Positions 30,623-40,996 of a stretch of 64,000 nucleotides of DNA are shown here, one piece after another. This DNA comes from Promethearchaeia archaeon (GTDB lineage: Archaea; Asgardarchaeota; Lokiarchaeia; Sigyniarchaeales; SOKP01), in NCBI GenBank assembly GCA_029856045.1, contig JAHQWG010000016.1, positions 192,001-256,000 on the forward strand, read 5' to 3'. The stretch's first letter is position 1. Each line of letters begins with the position of its first letter. The notes under the pieces are model-generated. The model made no database searches, was not told the origin of the DNA, and saw only the letters and a program-made list of their open reading frames with translations. The position numbers were made by a program, and so were the translations under genes.

Positions 30623-31564
30623 ATGCCACTAACCCATCCAACCCGTTTTTGCTCCCTTTGTGGAAAAGAATTTTCTACAAATGAAAAAATTTACGAAAAA
30701 TTTACTTGTCTGCGATGTTATCTTAAAAATAAGCCATTATTTCAATTTCAAGATATATTTTATTTAAATATATGTTTAGAGTGTGGTAGTTTTTCTAAGG
30801 ACTCTAAAGTAAAAATTTGGTTACCTACTTCTACAGAAAATGTATTAGAGATTGTTAAATCAGCTATTAAATATTATTTATTAGAGCCATATGGGAAAAA
30901 GGATAATATTAAATTCATTATTAAAATTTTGGAAGAAAAAATTTCTCCAAGTGCTAAAGTTATCGAGGATATTTATCTTTTAATCACAGGAGTTCATAGA
31001 TATGATAAAAATTTAATTTATACTCAAGAAATCAAAATAAAATTAAAATATGGTCACTGTGACAACTGTATTAGTATAAAACAAAAAAAAATTAATGCAA
31101 TTATTCAGTTAAGGGTGATTTTCGTCGAACAATTGGATCTAATTGAAATTGTAAAAGAAAAGATTAAAAATTATATTGAACAAGCATCAAAAAAAGATTC
31201 TACTGAATATATTACTAAAATCGATTATGTTAAAAATGGTGTTGATATTTTTTTAAGCACACAAAATCAAACCAATAAAATCATTCGATTATTAAAACCA
31301 GAATATAATTTTTTAATAAAATCTTCTAAAAAGTTGATGAGTAGAGATGTTCAACGCGGTAAAAACATATATAGAATAAAAACTTTAATAAAATTTTTAC
31401 CTATTGAAAAGGAAGATGAAGTAATTACCAAAAACATTAAATATATAGTAGATAAAATAGGCAAAAATAAAATACATTTAATAGATATCCATGGAAATAG
31501 AATAATAAAGAACTATCAATTTTTTTTCAGCAAAAAAGTTAAAATACAAAAAAAAGATTCATAA
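30623..31564 (+). CDS. Nmd3-family large-subunit biogenesis factor
   Basis: Four CxxC pairs, AIIQLR, GVDIFL, KLMSRD...G..IYR. Confidence 0.85.
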   Translation: MPLTHPTRFCSLCGKEFSTNEKIYEKFTCLRCYLKNKPLFQFQDIFYLNICLECGSFSKDSKVKIWLPTSTENVLEIVKSAIKYYLLEPYGKKDNIKFIIKILEEKISPSAKVIEDIYLLITGVHRYDKNLIYTQEIKIKLKYGHCDNCISIKQKKINAIIQLRVIFVEQLDLIEIVKEKIKNYIEQASKKDSTEYITKIDYVKNGVDIFLSTQNQTNKIIRLLKPEYNFLIKSSKKLMSRDVQRGKNIYRIKTLIKFLPIEKEDEVITKNIKYIVDKIGKNKIHLIDIHGNRIIKNYQFFFSKKVKIQKKDS

Positions 31565-31574
31565 ATTTTTAGAC

Positions 31575-32405
31575 ATGGAAGAAAATAACACAGATTTTGA
31601 AGAAATAGAAGATGATTTTATCGAAGAATATGATATGGAAGAATCAAAAGATTTGGAAATAAAAAAAATCGATAAAAGACGAATTAAAAAGAAAAACCAA
31701 TCAGCAATTAGGTTAGCGGTGGATAGTGTTTTTGATGAGAGAACTGTCTTTTTATTAAGAAAATTATTAGATAAACAGATAATAGGGGAATTTGTTGGAA
31801 TTATAAATGCAGGTAAAGAGGCAAATGTTTATTTAGCTTATGATAAAGAAGGAAAGGAAATCGCAATAAAAATTTATAAAATTGATAGTAATACTTCTCG
31901 GTGGATGAAAAATTATATTATTGGGGATCCGCGTTTTAAGAAAGTGGGTAAAAATCCTTCCCAGATTATATTTTTATGGGCTCAAAAAGAATTTAAAAAT
32001 TTAAAACAAGCATATCGTGCAGGATTATCTGTCCCTCGACCAATTTATGTTAAAAATAATGTTTTAATTATAGAATATATTGGAAAAGGTCCAACACCGG
32101 CTCCATTATTGAAAAATACAAAAAAGATTAATGATCCACAAGCATTATTTAATGAGATCTATCAATTTATAAAGAGGTTATTTAAAGCTAGACTTGTTCA
32201 TGGAGATTTAAGTGAATTTAATATTTTAATGCTTAAACAAAAACCCGTTGTAATCGACATTTCACAAGCTGTTTCAATAGATCATCCAAAATCTGATGAT
32301 TATTTAATTCGGGATCTTAAAAATATAATAAATTTTTTCTCAAAATTTGGAATAGAAACTCCCACATTAAAAGAAGCATTCTATGATATTGTTGAAAATA
32401 ATTAA
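31575..32405 (+). CDS. rio1: RIO1 serine kinase/ATPase
   Basis: GKEANVY, AIKIY, GDPRF, WAQKEFKNL, LVHGDLSEFNIL, IDISQAV. Confidence 0.93.
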   Translation: MEENNTDFEEIEDDFIEEYDMEESKDLEIKKIDKRRIKKKNQSAIRLAVDSVFDERTVFLLRKLLDKQIIGEFVGIINAGKEANVYLAYDKEGKEIAIKIYKIDSNTSRWMKNYIIGDPRFKKVGKNPSQIIFLWAQKEFKNLKQAYRAGLSVPRPIYVKNNVLIIEYIGKGPTPAPLLKNTKKINDPQALFNEIYQFIKRLFKARLVHGDLSEFNILMLKQKPVVIDISQAVSIDHPKSDDYLIRDLKNIINFFSKFGIETPTLKEAFYDIVENN

Positions 32406-32452
32406 TAGTTATAAAAAGATTTATTTTTATTAGTTAAAGAATTTGATATAAT

Positions 32453-33016
32453 ATGAAAATCCCTGAGGCTCGCATTCCCATCCTTATTGGACATAACGGA
32501 GAAATTAAAAAGGAAATAGAAAATTTAACAGGTACGAAATTAAATATTGATAGTAAGACGGGAGAAGTTGATATAATTCAAAATTTTGATCCAAATGATG
32601 AAAATTATAATCCTCTTAATTTTTTATTAACTGAAAAAATAGTCTCCGCAATAGGTCGAGGGTTTAATCCTAAAAAGGCTTTAAAATTAATAAAAGAAGA
32701 TGTATTCTTAGAAGTAATAAATTTGGAGGAGAAAATTGGTAAATCTCCAAAAAAACTTAAACGTATGAAAGGTAGAATTATTGGTCGAAATGGAGAAATG
32801 AGAAAATCAATTGAAAAATTTTCTGGTGCATCAATGTCCGTTTATGGGAGAACAGTGAGTTTAATTGGAGGATTTGAAGAAGTTAAAATTGCTAGAAAAG
32901 CACTCTCAATGATAATCTCTGGAGCTCCACTAAATGTAGTGTTAAGCTTTCTAGAAAAGAAATATAGGGAGTTGAAAAAAGAAGAATTTCGCAAAATATA
33001 TAAACCCGAATTTTAG
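32453..33016 (+). CDS. KH-domain pre-rRNA processing protein (Dim2/Pno1)
   Basis: LIGHNG, AIGRGF, GRIIGRNG; follows rio1. Confidence 0.9.
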   Translation: MKIPEARIPILIGHNGEIKKEIENLTGTKLNIDSKTGEVDIIQNFDPNDENYNPLNFLLTEKIVSAIGRGFNPKKALKLIKEDVFLEVINLEEKIGKSPKKLKRMKGRIIGRNGEMRKSIEKFSGASMSVYGRTVSLIGGFEEVKIARKALSMIISGAPLNVVLSFLEKKYRELKKEEFRKIYKPEF

Positions 33017-33022
33017 TGAGTT

Positions 33023-33394
33023 TTATAAAAATCCTTTTAAATCTTTTTGAGACGCATAACTTAATATATCAATGCCACAGAATATTTTCTTTAAATTTTT
33101 TAATAAATCCTCTCCGTTCTCAATTTCTTTAATTGAATAAAGTTCAATAAATTTCTCTTTACACTCCTCAATATTAAATGTTCTTTCATAAGAATAAATT
33201 GAGAAATTATTATTATTGTATTTTTTGTGAATAACAATTAAACGAGGATAAATTTTATCTTGCTCTTCTAAAAACAATGTATATCCCTCTAAAAAGAATT
33301 CTTTTTTTATTTTGAAAATATAATTCCAAATACTTAAATTAGATATGATATATTCAATTTCAGCTTGAATATTATCACTATTTTCCGTATCCAT
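33023..33394 (-). CDS. Hypothetical protein
   Basis: 123-aa ATG ORF filling an intergenic gap; no motif recognised. Confidence 0.55.
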   Translation of the reverse strand: MDTENSDNIQAEIEYIISNLSIWNYIFKIKKEFFLEGYTLFLEEQDKIYPRLIVIHKKYNNNNFSIYSYERTFNIEECKEKFIELYSIKEIENGEDLLKNLKKIFCGIDILSYASQKDLKGFL

Positions 33395-33494
33395 ACATTA
33401 GAACTATAAAAAGAACAATATTTAAACTCAACAAAAATATTTTATGAAGAATAATTCTTATTTTTAAGAATTATTAAATTAAAAATTGATTGAT

Positions 33495-34601
33495 TTATTC
33501 AGTAGAAACTTCATTTAATTTAAACATTGCATCACTTAGTGTAGGTCGTGATCTAGGAATTTTAGGATCCAATATAGCTGGTCTTGGATTATAACCAGTT
33601 CCTGTTATTTGAGGTGATTTAATACCAGTTAGTAATAACATAACTCGAATATATCCTTCAAGATCATCTGCAATCCGAGCTCCCCAAATTACTAACGCAT
33701 CTTTTGAATCCATTTTTTCTGAAATTATTTCAGCAACTTTATTTACTTCCCCTAATGTCATATCGGGACCACCACTTACATGTATTAATGCCCCTTTTGC
33801 ACCTTGAATATCCAAATCTAATAAGGGGGAATTTAATGCATCGTTAATCGCTTCATCAACTCTGTTTTCAGGATTATTTGATTCTCCTACCCCCACTATG
33901 GTTACACCACCAGCACACAATATAGTTCTAACATCTGCGAAATCTAAATTAATCAAAGACGGTAATGAAATAGTCTCCGTAATTCCTTTTACGATCGTAG
34001 CTAAAACCTCATCCGCAACGCTAAATGCCTCTAGTAAAGGTAAATCTGGAGCGATTTCTAATAAATTATTATTATCAATAACGATTAAAGTATCTACATA
34101 TTGTCTTAATATGTTAAGTCCCTTTAGGGCTTTTTCCATTCTTCCTCTTTCAGATTTAAATGGTAAAGTGACAACACTAACTACAATTGCTCCTTCTAAC
34201 TTTGCAATTTCTGCAATTACAGGAGCACTTCCAGTTCCTGTTCCACCACCCTCCCCACAGGCAATAAAAACGAGATCTGAATCTCTTAATGCATGAGTTA
34301 ATTCTTTTCTTGATTCCTCCGCAGCTGCTTTTCCTATTGATGGATTTCCCCCAGCACCCAACCCTCTCGTTAAATTTCTGCCAATTAATATTTTTTGATG
34401 AGAATCTACCGCGTCTAGATGTTGTTTATCGGTGTTAATTGTTATACATGAAGCGCCCCTAATCCCAATTTTCATAAGACGATGTATTGTATTATTTCCA
34501 GCCCCTCCAGTGCCTATAATCTTTATATTGGCTGAACATAGTGTTTGAGCTTTAGGTTTTACCAATTCTCTCTTTTTTGCTGCTTTAATGAAACTTTCCA
34601 T
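33495..34601 (-). CDS. ftsZ: Cell division protein FtsZ
   Basis: GTGGAGNN, TRGLGAGG, GGGTGTG signature, NLDFADV, IWGA; ATG at 34601 preferred over the track start 34646. Confidence 0.95.
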   Translation of the reverse strand: MESFIKAAKKRELVKPKAQTLCSANIKIIGTGGAGNNTIHRLMKIGIRGASCITINTDKQHLDAVDSHQKILIGRNLTRGLGAGGNPSIGKAAAEESRKELTHALRDSDLVFIACGEGGGTGTGSAPVIAEIAKLEGAIVVSVVTLPFKSERGRMEKALKGLNILRQYVDTLIVIDNNNLLEIAPDLPLLEAFSVADEVLATIVKGITETISLPSLINLDFADVRTILCAGGVTIVGVGESNNPENRVDEAINDALNSPLLDLDIQGAKGALIHVSGGPDMTLGEVNKVAEIISEKMDSKDALVIWGARIADDLEGYIRVMLLLTGIKSPQITGTGYNPRPAILDPKIPRSRPTLSDAMFKLNEVSTE

Positions 34602-34690
34602 AAAAAATTCACTTAATATTATATATCTGGTTATAAAAAAAATCAAAAAACAAAAATTTGAAATAATATATTACGTGGATGGTACCAGAA

Positions 34691-35911
34691 TTAAAGTGAA
34701 AAGTCTTGGTGTTTTGTGGGATTAAATATTGTTTTATATTCTTTACCTTTAACTAGTAAAATAGGAGGTAATTTATATGGAAATCTATTAGAAAACGTCA
34801 AACAATAAGCACCTACATTAGAAATAAGAACTTTATCTCCAATCTTTAAAGTAGGAGTAAAATAATAATCTTTTGCTAGGACATCTTGATCAGAAGGAAT
34901 TATACCCGCGATAGATGTTTTAACATTATAAGATTCGTTTAAATTATTCAAATTATAAAACCTTAAATTGCAACGTGCAAATTTAGGAACTATATGATTT
35001 CCTATATTAAGAAAAATCCATCTATTATCAGTAATATTTATTATTTTAGAAATTATAATACCTGCATCACCAACTAGAAAGCGTCCTGGCTCAAAATAAA
35101 CGTTTAAATGAGAAAAATTAAATTCTTGTAATATTTTCTTTACACTTAGTGCAAAATCTTCAAGTCTTTCCTTTTTAAATACGACAGCTTCAGGAAACCC
35201 TCCACCAAAATTTATGTTTTTTATATCAATAAGGAATTTTTTTCGTAATTTCTTTAAACTTGTTAATAAAGAAATACAATTTTTTTTCAAGAGATCGATA
35301 CTATTCATCTGAGTACTAAAATGAGAAAGAACTGTTGTTAATTCTATATTTTTGCACTCAGATAAAATTAGATATAATTTTTCTATTGTACTTTCATTAA
35401 TTTCAACACCTAAACGTGCATCATATTTCCCCGAATTGATTCTTAAACATATTTTTTGAGTTTTATTACAACTCTTTGCAAGTTCATTAATTCTTTTTAT
35501 ATCTGAGAGACTATAGGCTATAATTTCTTTTATATTATTCTCTAGACATTTTAAAATTAACTGATCGGTTAAATATACCCCCCCTACAATTATTTTGTTA
35601 GGAGAAAAATTAAGATTTAATGCTAATTCTAATTCAGGTAGACTAATAATTTCAGCGCCAAAATTTCCCTCTTTAATAATTCTACAAATTTCATGCAAGT
35701 AATTTGCTTTAAATGAATAAAACCCTTCATATCTTTCAAAATGTGAAGAAAATACATCATTAAAACTTTTTATATTATCTTTAATCCGGTTTTCTAAAAA
35801 CACAAAATAAGGTGTCCTAAAATCTTTTTTCAAAATAGAGTATTCTAATTCATCAAAATAAAATTTACCTTGATCTTTCTTTAAATACGGATTTCCAGCT
35901 ATAGTTTTCAT
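34691..35911 (-). CDS. Divergent fold-type III PLP enzyme (diaminopimelate decarboxylase family)
   Basis: YSFKAN PLP lysine, NFGGGFP, FEPGRFLV, VGAY; altered HFSTQ and PSDQD motifs. Confidence 0.75.
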   Translation of the reverse strand: MKTIAGNPYLKKDQGKFYFDELEYSILKKDFRTPYFVFLENRIKDNIKSFNDVFSSHFERYEGFYSFKANYLHEICRIIKEGNFGAEIISLPELELALNLNFSPNKIIVGGVYLTDQLILKCLENNIKEIIAYSLSDIKRINELAKSCNKTQKICLRINSGKYDARLGVEINESTIEKLYLILSECKNIELTTVLSHFSTQMNSIDLLKKNCISLLTSLKKLRKKFLIDIKNINFGGGFPEAVVFKKERLEDFALSVKKILQEFNFSHLNVYFEPGRFLVGDAGIIISKIINITDNRWIFLNIGNHIVPKFARCNLRFYNLNNLNESYNVKTSIAGIIPSDQDVLAKDYYFTPTLKIGDKVLISNVGAYCLTFSNRFPYKLPPILLVKGKEYKTIFNPTKHQDFSL

Positions 35912-35936
35912 AATCTCATTTTCATTAAAAATTATT

Positions 35937-37211
35937 TTATTCGATTAATTTATTATAGATTTTAAATATTTTTTCAGATACATGACTCCATAAATACTTC
36001 TTATCCTTTATTTTCTGATATCCTGCTTTGCCAATTTGTCTAGCATATTTTTTATTTTTCAAAAGATATAATATTTTACTGCAAATTTCTTCAGTATTAT
36101 CAAATTCTACTAATAACCCATTTTTTCCATTATCAATAACCTCTGGAGTGCTTCCAATATTGGCACCTATAACAGGTTTCTTGAATACCCAAGCTTCTAA
36201 AAATGATATGCCAAAAGCATCTGAGCGGGAAGGCATAACATAGATATCACATTCTCTAAATGCAGATATTTTTTTTGTATCAAAATAACCTTTCAAATTT
36301 GAAGGTGTCAAATTAACGATAAATTTATTTTTAAGTTTTTTAACCTTTTTTAACTCTCTATTAAAAGCCTCAGTGCTGGGACCAATAAATGTAAAAATTA
36401 TATTTTTCTTTTTTTTTAAAATTAATGGAATTGCTTTAAGAAGAGAGATTGCTCCTTTTTCAAAATTTTTATTCCCGCAAAAAAAAATCATTGGAAATTT
36501 TTGTTGGTTATTACCAAAAAAAGTCCTTTTAAAATTAATTTTTTTACACTTTTCATAATATTTCAAATCTATACCCATAGGAACAACTTCAATTTTATCC
36601 GATTTTATCCTCTTTTCTATTAAATACTTTCTTTCTAAATAAGTGCAGCAAATAATCAAATCAAATTTCTTTAGAAGTTCAATAAAATTTGAATTTTGAT
36701 ATCTAGGATTTTTAAAGTGAAAAAATGGAGTGCATATTGTTGGAATACTCCACATTTTACCCAAAATAAGACTTAATACAATATTAGAATATGGAAAATA
36801 AGTAGTGTGTATCAATTCATAATAATATTTAATTTCGTTTTCACAAAAATCTAAAACTTGGCAAATATTAGGACCATTATTAAGAAAAGTTTTCAATACA
36901 TCTCGAGAGATGTTTAAATCTTGATAATATTTGTTCTTCTCTATGATGTCGATTTGTTTTTCGATTATTAAATCATAAGTAATAGGAAAACGCTTAATCT
37001 TCAAACCATTTATGTTGTTATAATCTCGATTATTTCGAGATATTTTCTTTCCTTTTGGATTTTTTAAAGCTGAAAAATCAAGAGCATCTGAACATAATAT
37101 ATCGATTTCACAACCGAAATTTTTAATTAAAATCTCAGAAATCCTTTTAAAGTATAATTCTGCACCTGAAATCGCCGGAAAATATCTCGTTGGCAAATGT
37201 AAAACACGCAC
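35937..37211 (-). CDS. GT4 glycosyltransferase
   Basis: YFPAISGAE, KG, PSRSDAFGISFLEAW, PVIG, NGLLV. Confidence 0.9.
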   Translation of the reverse strand: MRVLHLPTRYFPAISGAELYFKRISEILIKNFGCEIDILCSDALDFSALKNPKGKKISRNNRDYNNINGLKIKRFPITYDLIIEKQIDIIEKNKYYQDLNISRDVLKTFLNNGPNICQVLDFCENEIKYYYELIHTTYFPYSNIVLSLILGKMWSIPTICTPFFHFKNPRYQNSNFIELLKKFDLIICCTYLERKYLIEKRIKSDKIEVVPMGIDLKYYEKCKKINFKRTFFGNNQQKFPMIFFCGNKNFEKGAISLLKAIPLILKKKKNIIFTFIGPSTEAFNRELKKVKKLKNKFIVNLTPSNLKGYFDTKKISAFRECDIYVMPSRSDAFGISFLEAWVFKKPVIGANIGSTPEVIDNGKNGLLVEFDNTEEICSKILYLLKNKKYARQIGKAGYQKIKDKKYLWSHVSEKIFKIYNKLIE

Positions 37212-37331
37212 TATTAATAAACATCCGCAATTTTTAATAATCTGATTAATAATTAATTTTCTTTCTTGAGATTAAAATTTATTTTACTAAAAAACTATGG
37301 ACTTTTTAAGACTTTTTAAAATTAAAATGTT

Positions 37332-39128
37332 GTGAAAGCAAAAAAACTTGGATCAGATGAGATAATTCAAGCAGAAAGTTTGAAGTTTGCAAAATATTTA
37401 TCGAACAATATGAATCAAGAACAAATAAATCATACTATAAGAGATTCCCCATTCCAAGAGTTTAAATCATTACCAAAATTATTTAAAGATAAATCAAATC
37501 ATCCTAATAATACGATCCTTCGAATTTATTCTATACTTTTATCTTCCTTCAAAAATTCTTCGTTTAAAATTATACAATTTCCTTTTATTAAAACCCCATC
37601 TTTCATTTTTATTATTCATGGCAAGATTTTCCATAAAAACAGGATAATATTTAGAGCTTTTGGAAAAGGATTAACAATTGCGTTATCAATGGCTAGTCTT
37701 TACGGAGAATTTATTGAAAGAATTCAAGCAGGGTTTTTTTTTTCCCAAAATCCTTACAAACCTCGGGTTATCCCTTATTATGAACCAAGTAATTCTAAAA
37801 TAATTACAGAGCAAATGAAAAAACTCAATTTTCAAGATTTTTTACCTCTTTTTAAAGAAAAATGCTATCCATTTGTAGAGAAATTACTACCTTCTGAAAA
37901 AGAATTATTATATTACTGCCCTTATCAAGATTTAACCTCTAAAAAAATTACCTGGATAATGACTAGGGTGAATAGATTCACTACTGGATTTGCAAGCGGA
38001 AATTCCTACGAGGAAGCACTTGTACAAGCATTTTGTGAAATTATTGAACGTTATTCTTCATTTATGGTTTTAAAAAATCAAATTAAATTGCCAACAATTC
38101 CTAACCATAAATTATCTTCACAGATTCAAAATATCATTAAAAAATTCGAGCAAGAAGGCATACAGATTATAATTAAAGATGCTTCTCTTGATTTGAATAT
38201 TCCTTCCGTTGCAGTATTATTTATTTTTGAAAAAAGAAAATCAAAAAGATTCTTAATTACTTTTGGCGTCGCTTCTTCTCTAGATGTTGCAGTAGAACGA
38301 TGCCTCGGCGAAGCTGAACAAGATGCAAATAGTATAACAACACGTAGTATATTTAATCACCAATATTGTCGTTCAATTATTAACCTATACAACACATTTC
38401 CGCATTTAAAGAAGATTTTACCTCTTAGGGATTATTTTGGTGAATCTTACGCACAAAATAACTTTTACCCTTCTGAATATGTAGAATTTTTAAAAGAGGA
38501 TTATGGAGCCCCTGAATATGAAGAATTTTATAAAATTGATTTATTGGATGAAATTAATTATATTTTTCATTTCCTAGGTAAAAAGGGTTATCGAATTTAC
38601 ATGAAAGATTGTAACTGGTTAGGTTTTCCTTGCATAAAACTTTTTATACCAGAATTAAATGTTGGTTACGGCCAATTGATTAAATATTCTAATTTTAAGT
38701 TCGAGAAATTTAAACAGAAATTATTAACTAACTTTTCTGATATTACTAAGGATGATTTAAAAATTTTGGATACTCCTGAATTCATCTTATTGCTTTCTCA
38801 TTTAAAAACTTTAAATAGTTTTTTTCAGATTGATTGTGAAAGTTTAGAGCGATATAGTTCGTGGAAGTTTTTTGGACTATTGGCATTTGCACTAAATCGT
38901 GAAAAATTAGCAATAAAATATCTCAAACAGGTTGCACTTTCAGTTCCAAAATCTAAAAATAAAAAGGAAATACTTTCTGAATTAGGAATAATTCTTCCAA
39001 ATTGCCAACAAAAATCATGTGAATCTTGTAGATTTAAAAGAGAATGCAAATTTCCTATTCTAAAAGATTTTGAATCAACGGTTGTAAAGGAATTTCCAAA
39101 TCATTTACGCAGATTAGAAGAAATATAG
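37332..39128 (+). CDS. YcaO-family ATP-dependent backbone-modifying enzyme
   Basis: GKG...ASLYGEFIER, TTGFASGN..EEA...EIIER, KDASL, ERCLGEAEQ; C-terminal four-Cys cluster. Confidence 0.85.
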   Translation: MKAKKLGSDEIIQAESLKFAKYLSNNMNQEQINHTIRDSPFQEFKSLPKLFKDKSNHPNNTILRIYSILLSSFKNSSFKIIQFPFIKTPSFIFIIHGKIFHKNRIIFRAFGKGLTIALSMASLYGEFIERIQAGFFFSQNPYKPRVIPYYEPSNSKIITEQMKKLNFQDFLPLFKEKCYPFVEKLLPSEKELLYYCPYQDLTSKKITWIMTRVNRFTTGFASGNSYEEALVQAFCEIIERYSSFMVLKNQIKLPTIPNHKLSSQIQNIIKKFEQEGIQIIIKDASLDLNIPSVAVLFIFEKRKSKRFLITFGVASSLDVAVERCLGEAEQDANSITTRSIFNHQYCRSIINLYNTFPHLKKILPLRDYFGESYAQNNFYPSEYVEFLKEDYGAPEYEEFYKIDLLDEINYIFHFLGKKGYRIYMKDCNWLGFPCIKLFIPELNVGYGQLIKYSNFKFEKFKQKLLTNFSDITKDDLKILDTPEFILLLSHLKTLNSFFQIDCESLERYSSWKFFGLLAFALNREKLAIKYLKQVALSVPKSKNKKEILSELGIILPNCQQKSCESCRFKRECKFPILKDFESTVVKEFPNHLRRLEEI

Positions 39129-39159
39129 TTGGAGAAGCAATCTTAAAATTTCAATAATT

Positions 39160-39591
39160 ATGAAAAAATTTTTAAATTTTATCTACCCGATATTTTTAAT
39201 GAGATATACTTTTAATTCCCTTTTAAAAAAAATTGAAGAAAAGAGTGAATTAACGGCGGATATAATAGAGGAATTAAAAGAACTTTTTCCAGATAAAATC
39301 GAAAAAACCTTAGAAATTTTGAAAAAAGGAATAATCCAATATACTTTTTCCCCTTCGGGAAGAAAAATATGGGCAGTAGTTGGTAGTAAAAATGATTTAC
39401 ATCTCATTTATCCTAGTTTATATTGCGACTGCATCGATTTCTACAAGAGTGTAGTTATAACTAGAAGAAATACTTTATGTAAACACATCTTAGCACAATT
39501 AATCTCCTTCAGTTTGAAAAATTTTGAGTTAGTTTCTTTAAATGATAAGGATTTCAGTAAATTTTTAAAACAATTTAAAGTTAAGATTTAA
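39160..39591 (+). CDS. SWIM zinc-finger protein
   Basis: IWAVVG, YCDCIDF...CKHILA. Confidence 0.85.
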   Translation: MKKFLNFIYPIFLMRYTFNSLLKKIEEKSELTADIIEELKELFPDKIEKTLEILKKGIIQYTFSPSGRKIWAVVGSKNDLHLIYPSLYCDCIDFYKSVVITRRNTLCKHILAQLISFSLKNFELVSLNDKDFSKFLKQFKVKI

Positions 39592-40223
39592 ATCTCTAAT
39601 ATCTCTGCTTCCTTTATTGATTTATTAATTAATGATAAAATTGGAATATTTTTTTCTGATTCCTCAATTACTGGAACTTTGGCATGGGTTTCGGGGAATT
39701 CTGGAAAATATGTGCAAAAATCTGATTTCTCTGAGCAAATTTCATATAAACCTATCTTTCTACTAATTTTCATTACTTCTAATTTATCAAAACCAATTAG
39801 TGGTCTTAAAATAGTAGTGTTTCTCACTATTGATTGATAAGAAAAAATATTATCAAGGGTTTGACTCGCTTGTTCTCCTAAAATATCACCCGTAACTAGT
39901 AAGTTTGTTCCTTCTATTTGACCAATCTTAGAACCTACTCGATACATAAATCGTTTGCATAAAATACATGTGAGTTTTCTTTCACAATTTTCTTTAAATA
40001 ATATTAAATTTGAATTTTGATCAATAAAATAGACTTTTAAATTTTTTTCGATATAAGTGGAAAGGATTTTGACAATTTTAAGTATTTTTTCTTTAAATTT
40101 ATCAATATTTTCATAATTTGTAATAAATGAAACACAAACTGGGAGAAAGCCTTGTTTTATCATCAAATAGGTTGCAACAGGAGAATCAAATCCTCCGGAG
40201 ATTAAACTGATAATTTTTTTCAT
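39588..40223 (-). CDS. ThiI-like PP-loop sulfurtransferase catalytic domain (no THUMP domain)
   Basis: LISGGFDSPVA, CILCKR, TGD.LG..ASQTL.N, RPLIGFDK; only 211 aa. Confidence 0.82.
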   Translation of the reverse strand: MKKIISLISGGFDSPVATYLMIKQGFLPVCVSFITNYENIDKFKEKILKIVKILSTYIEKNLKVYFIDQNSNLILFKENCERKLTCILCKRFMYRVGSKIGQIEGTNLLVTGDILGEQASQTLDNIFSYQSIVRNTTILRPLIGFDKLEVMKISRKIGLYEICSEKSDFCTYFPEFPETHAKVPVIEESEKNIPILSLINKSIKEAEILEI

Positions 40224-40825
40224 ACTCTAATTTCAACCCTTTCCCATTGTTTTAGATATTTATTGAAATTTATGTTTGAAATTTTCCTAAATATTTTAAT
40301 CTTATTTGAACTCTCTAATTCTTTTAATTTTAACATAATACTCTTGTTTCTATTTAGATGTTCTTGTGCATATATATATTCGTGAGGAAAGATTTTTTTA
40401 ATTTGCTCAAAATCAATATTGCATAAATTATCATAGTTTTCAATGACCCATTTACATAAAGGATCTATGCTAATTTTAAAATTAAACGCATCTTCTTGCT
40501 TAATCGCCAATGGATATGCCCGACACGTCAAAGGTTTTACATCATGGACTTGGCATTTATTATCAATATGAAAGGGACATTGCTTTCTTTCATTATCTAA
40601 CCTAATTCTCCATGTAACCACTAAAATTTTTTGATTTTTTTCATCAGGAAAAACTAAATCTTCAATTATCTTAAAAGAAGCATTATTCTTTTTTGCAATT
40701 TCAATTAATTTATCTGCTTCATCTGGATAAAGTGGAATCCTTTTATAAGTAGGATATTCGATTATCCCAGGTACCTCTGAGCAACAAGTACCGCAATTTT
40801 TGCATCTATACTTTAACTCTTTCAT
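40220..40825 (-). CDS. YkgJ-family Cys-cluster protein
   Basis: CKNCGTCC, CPF..C..H..KP..CRAYP. Confidence 0.85.
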   Translation of the reverse strand: MKELKYRCKNCGTCCSEVPGIIEYPTYKRIPLYPDEADKLIEIAKKNNASFKIIEDLVFPDEKNQKILVVTWRIRLDNERKQCPFHIDNKCQVHDVKPLTCRAYPLAIKQEDAFNFKISIDPLCKWVIENYDNLCNIDFEQIKKIFPHEYIYAQEHLNRNKSIMLKLKELESSNKIKIFRKISNINFNKYLKQWERVEIRV

Positions 40826-40996
40826 TAAATATCATCTTAGAAACATTATTTTGCATACTTAAATATTATGTTGGTATTTTTGTAAAGTTATTTTAAATCT
40901 TATCTGAATACTCTCTTCGATATTACATCATTTAAATAAGAATAGTTATAGCATTAATTTTAGATAGAATCGTTTTTTTAAAGGTAAAATAAAAAT

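Noticed and set aside
37212-37331. Search for a YcaO precursor peptide; tandem GACTTTTTAA repeat
   Set aside because: Only a 12-codon ORF without precursor features; the repeat is low complexity
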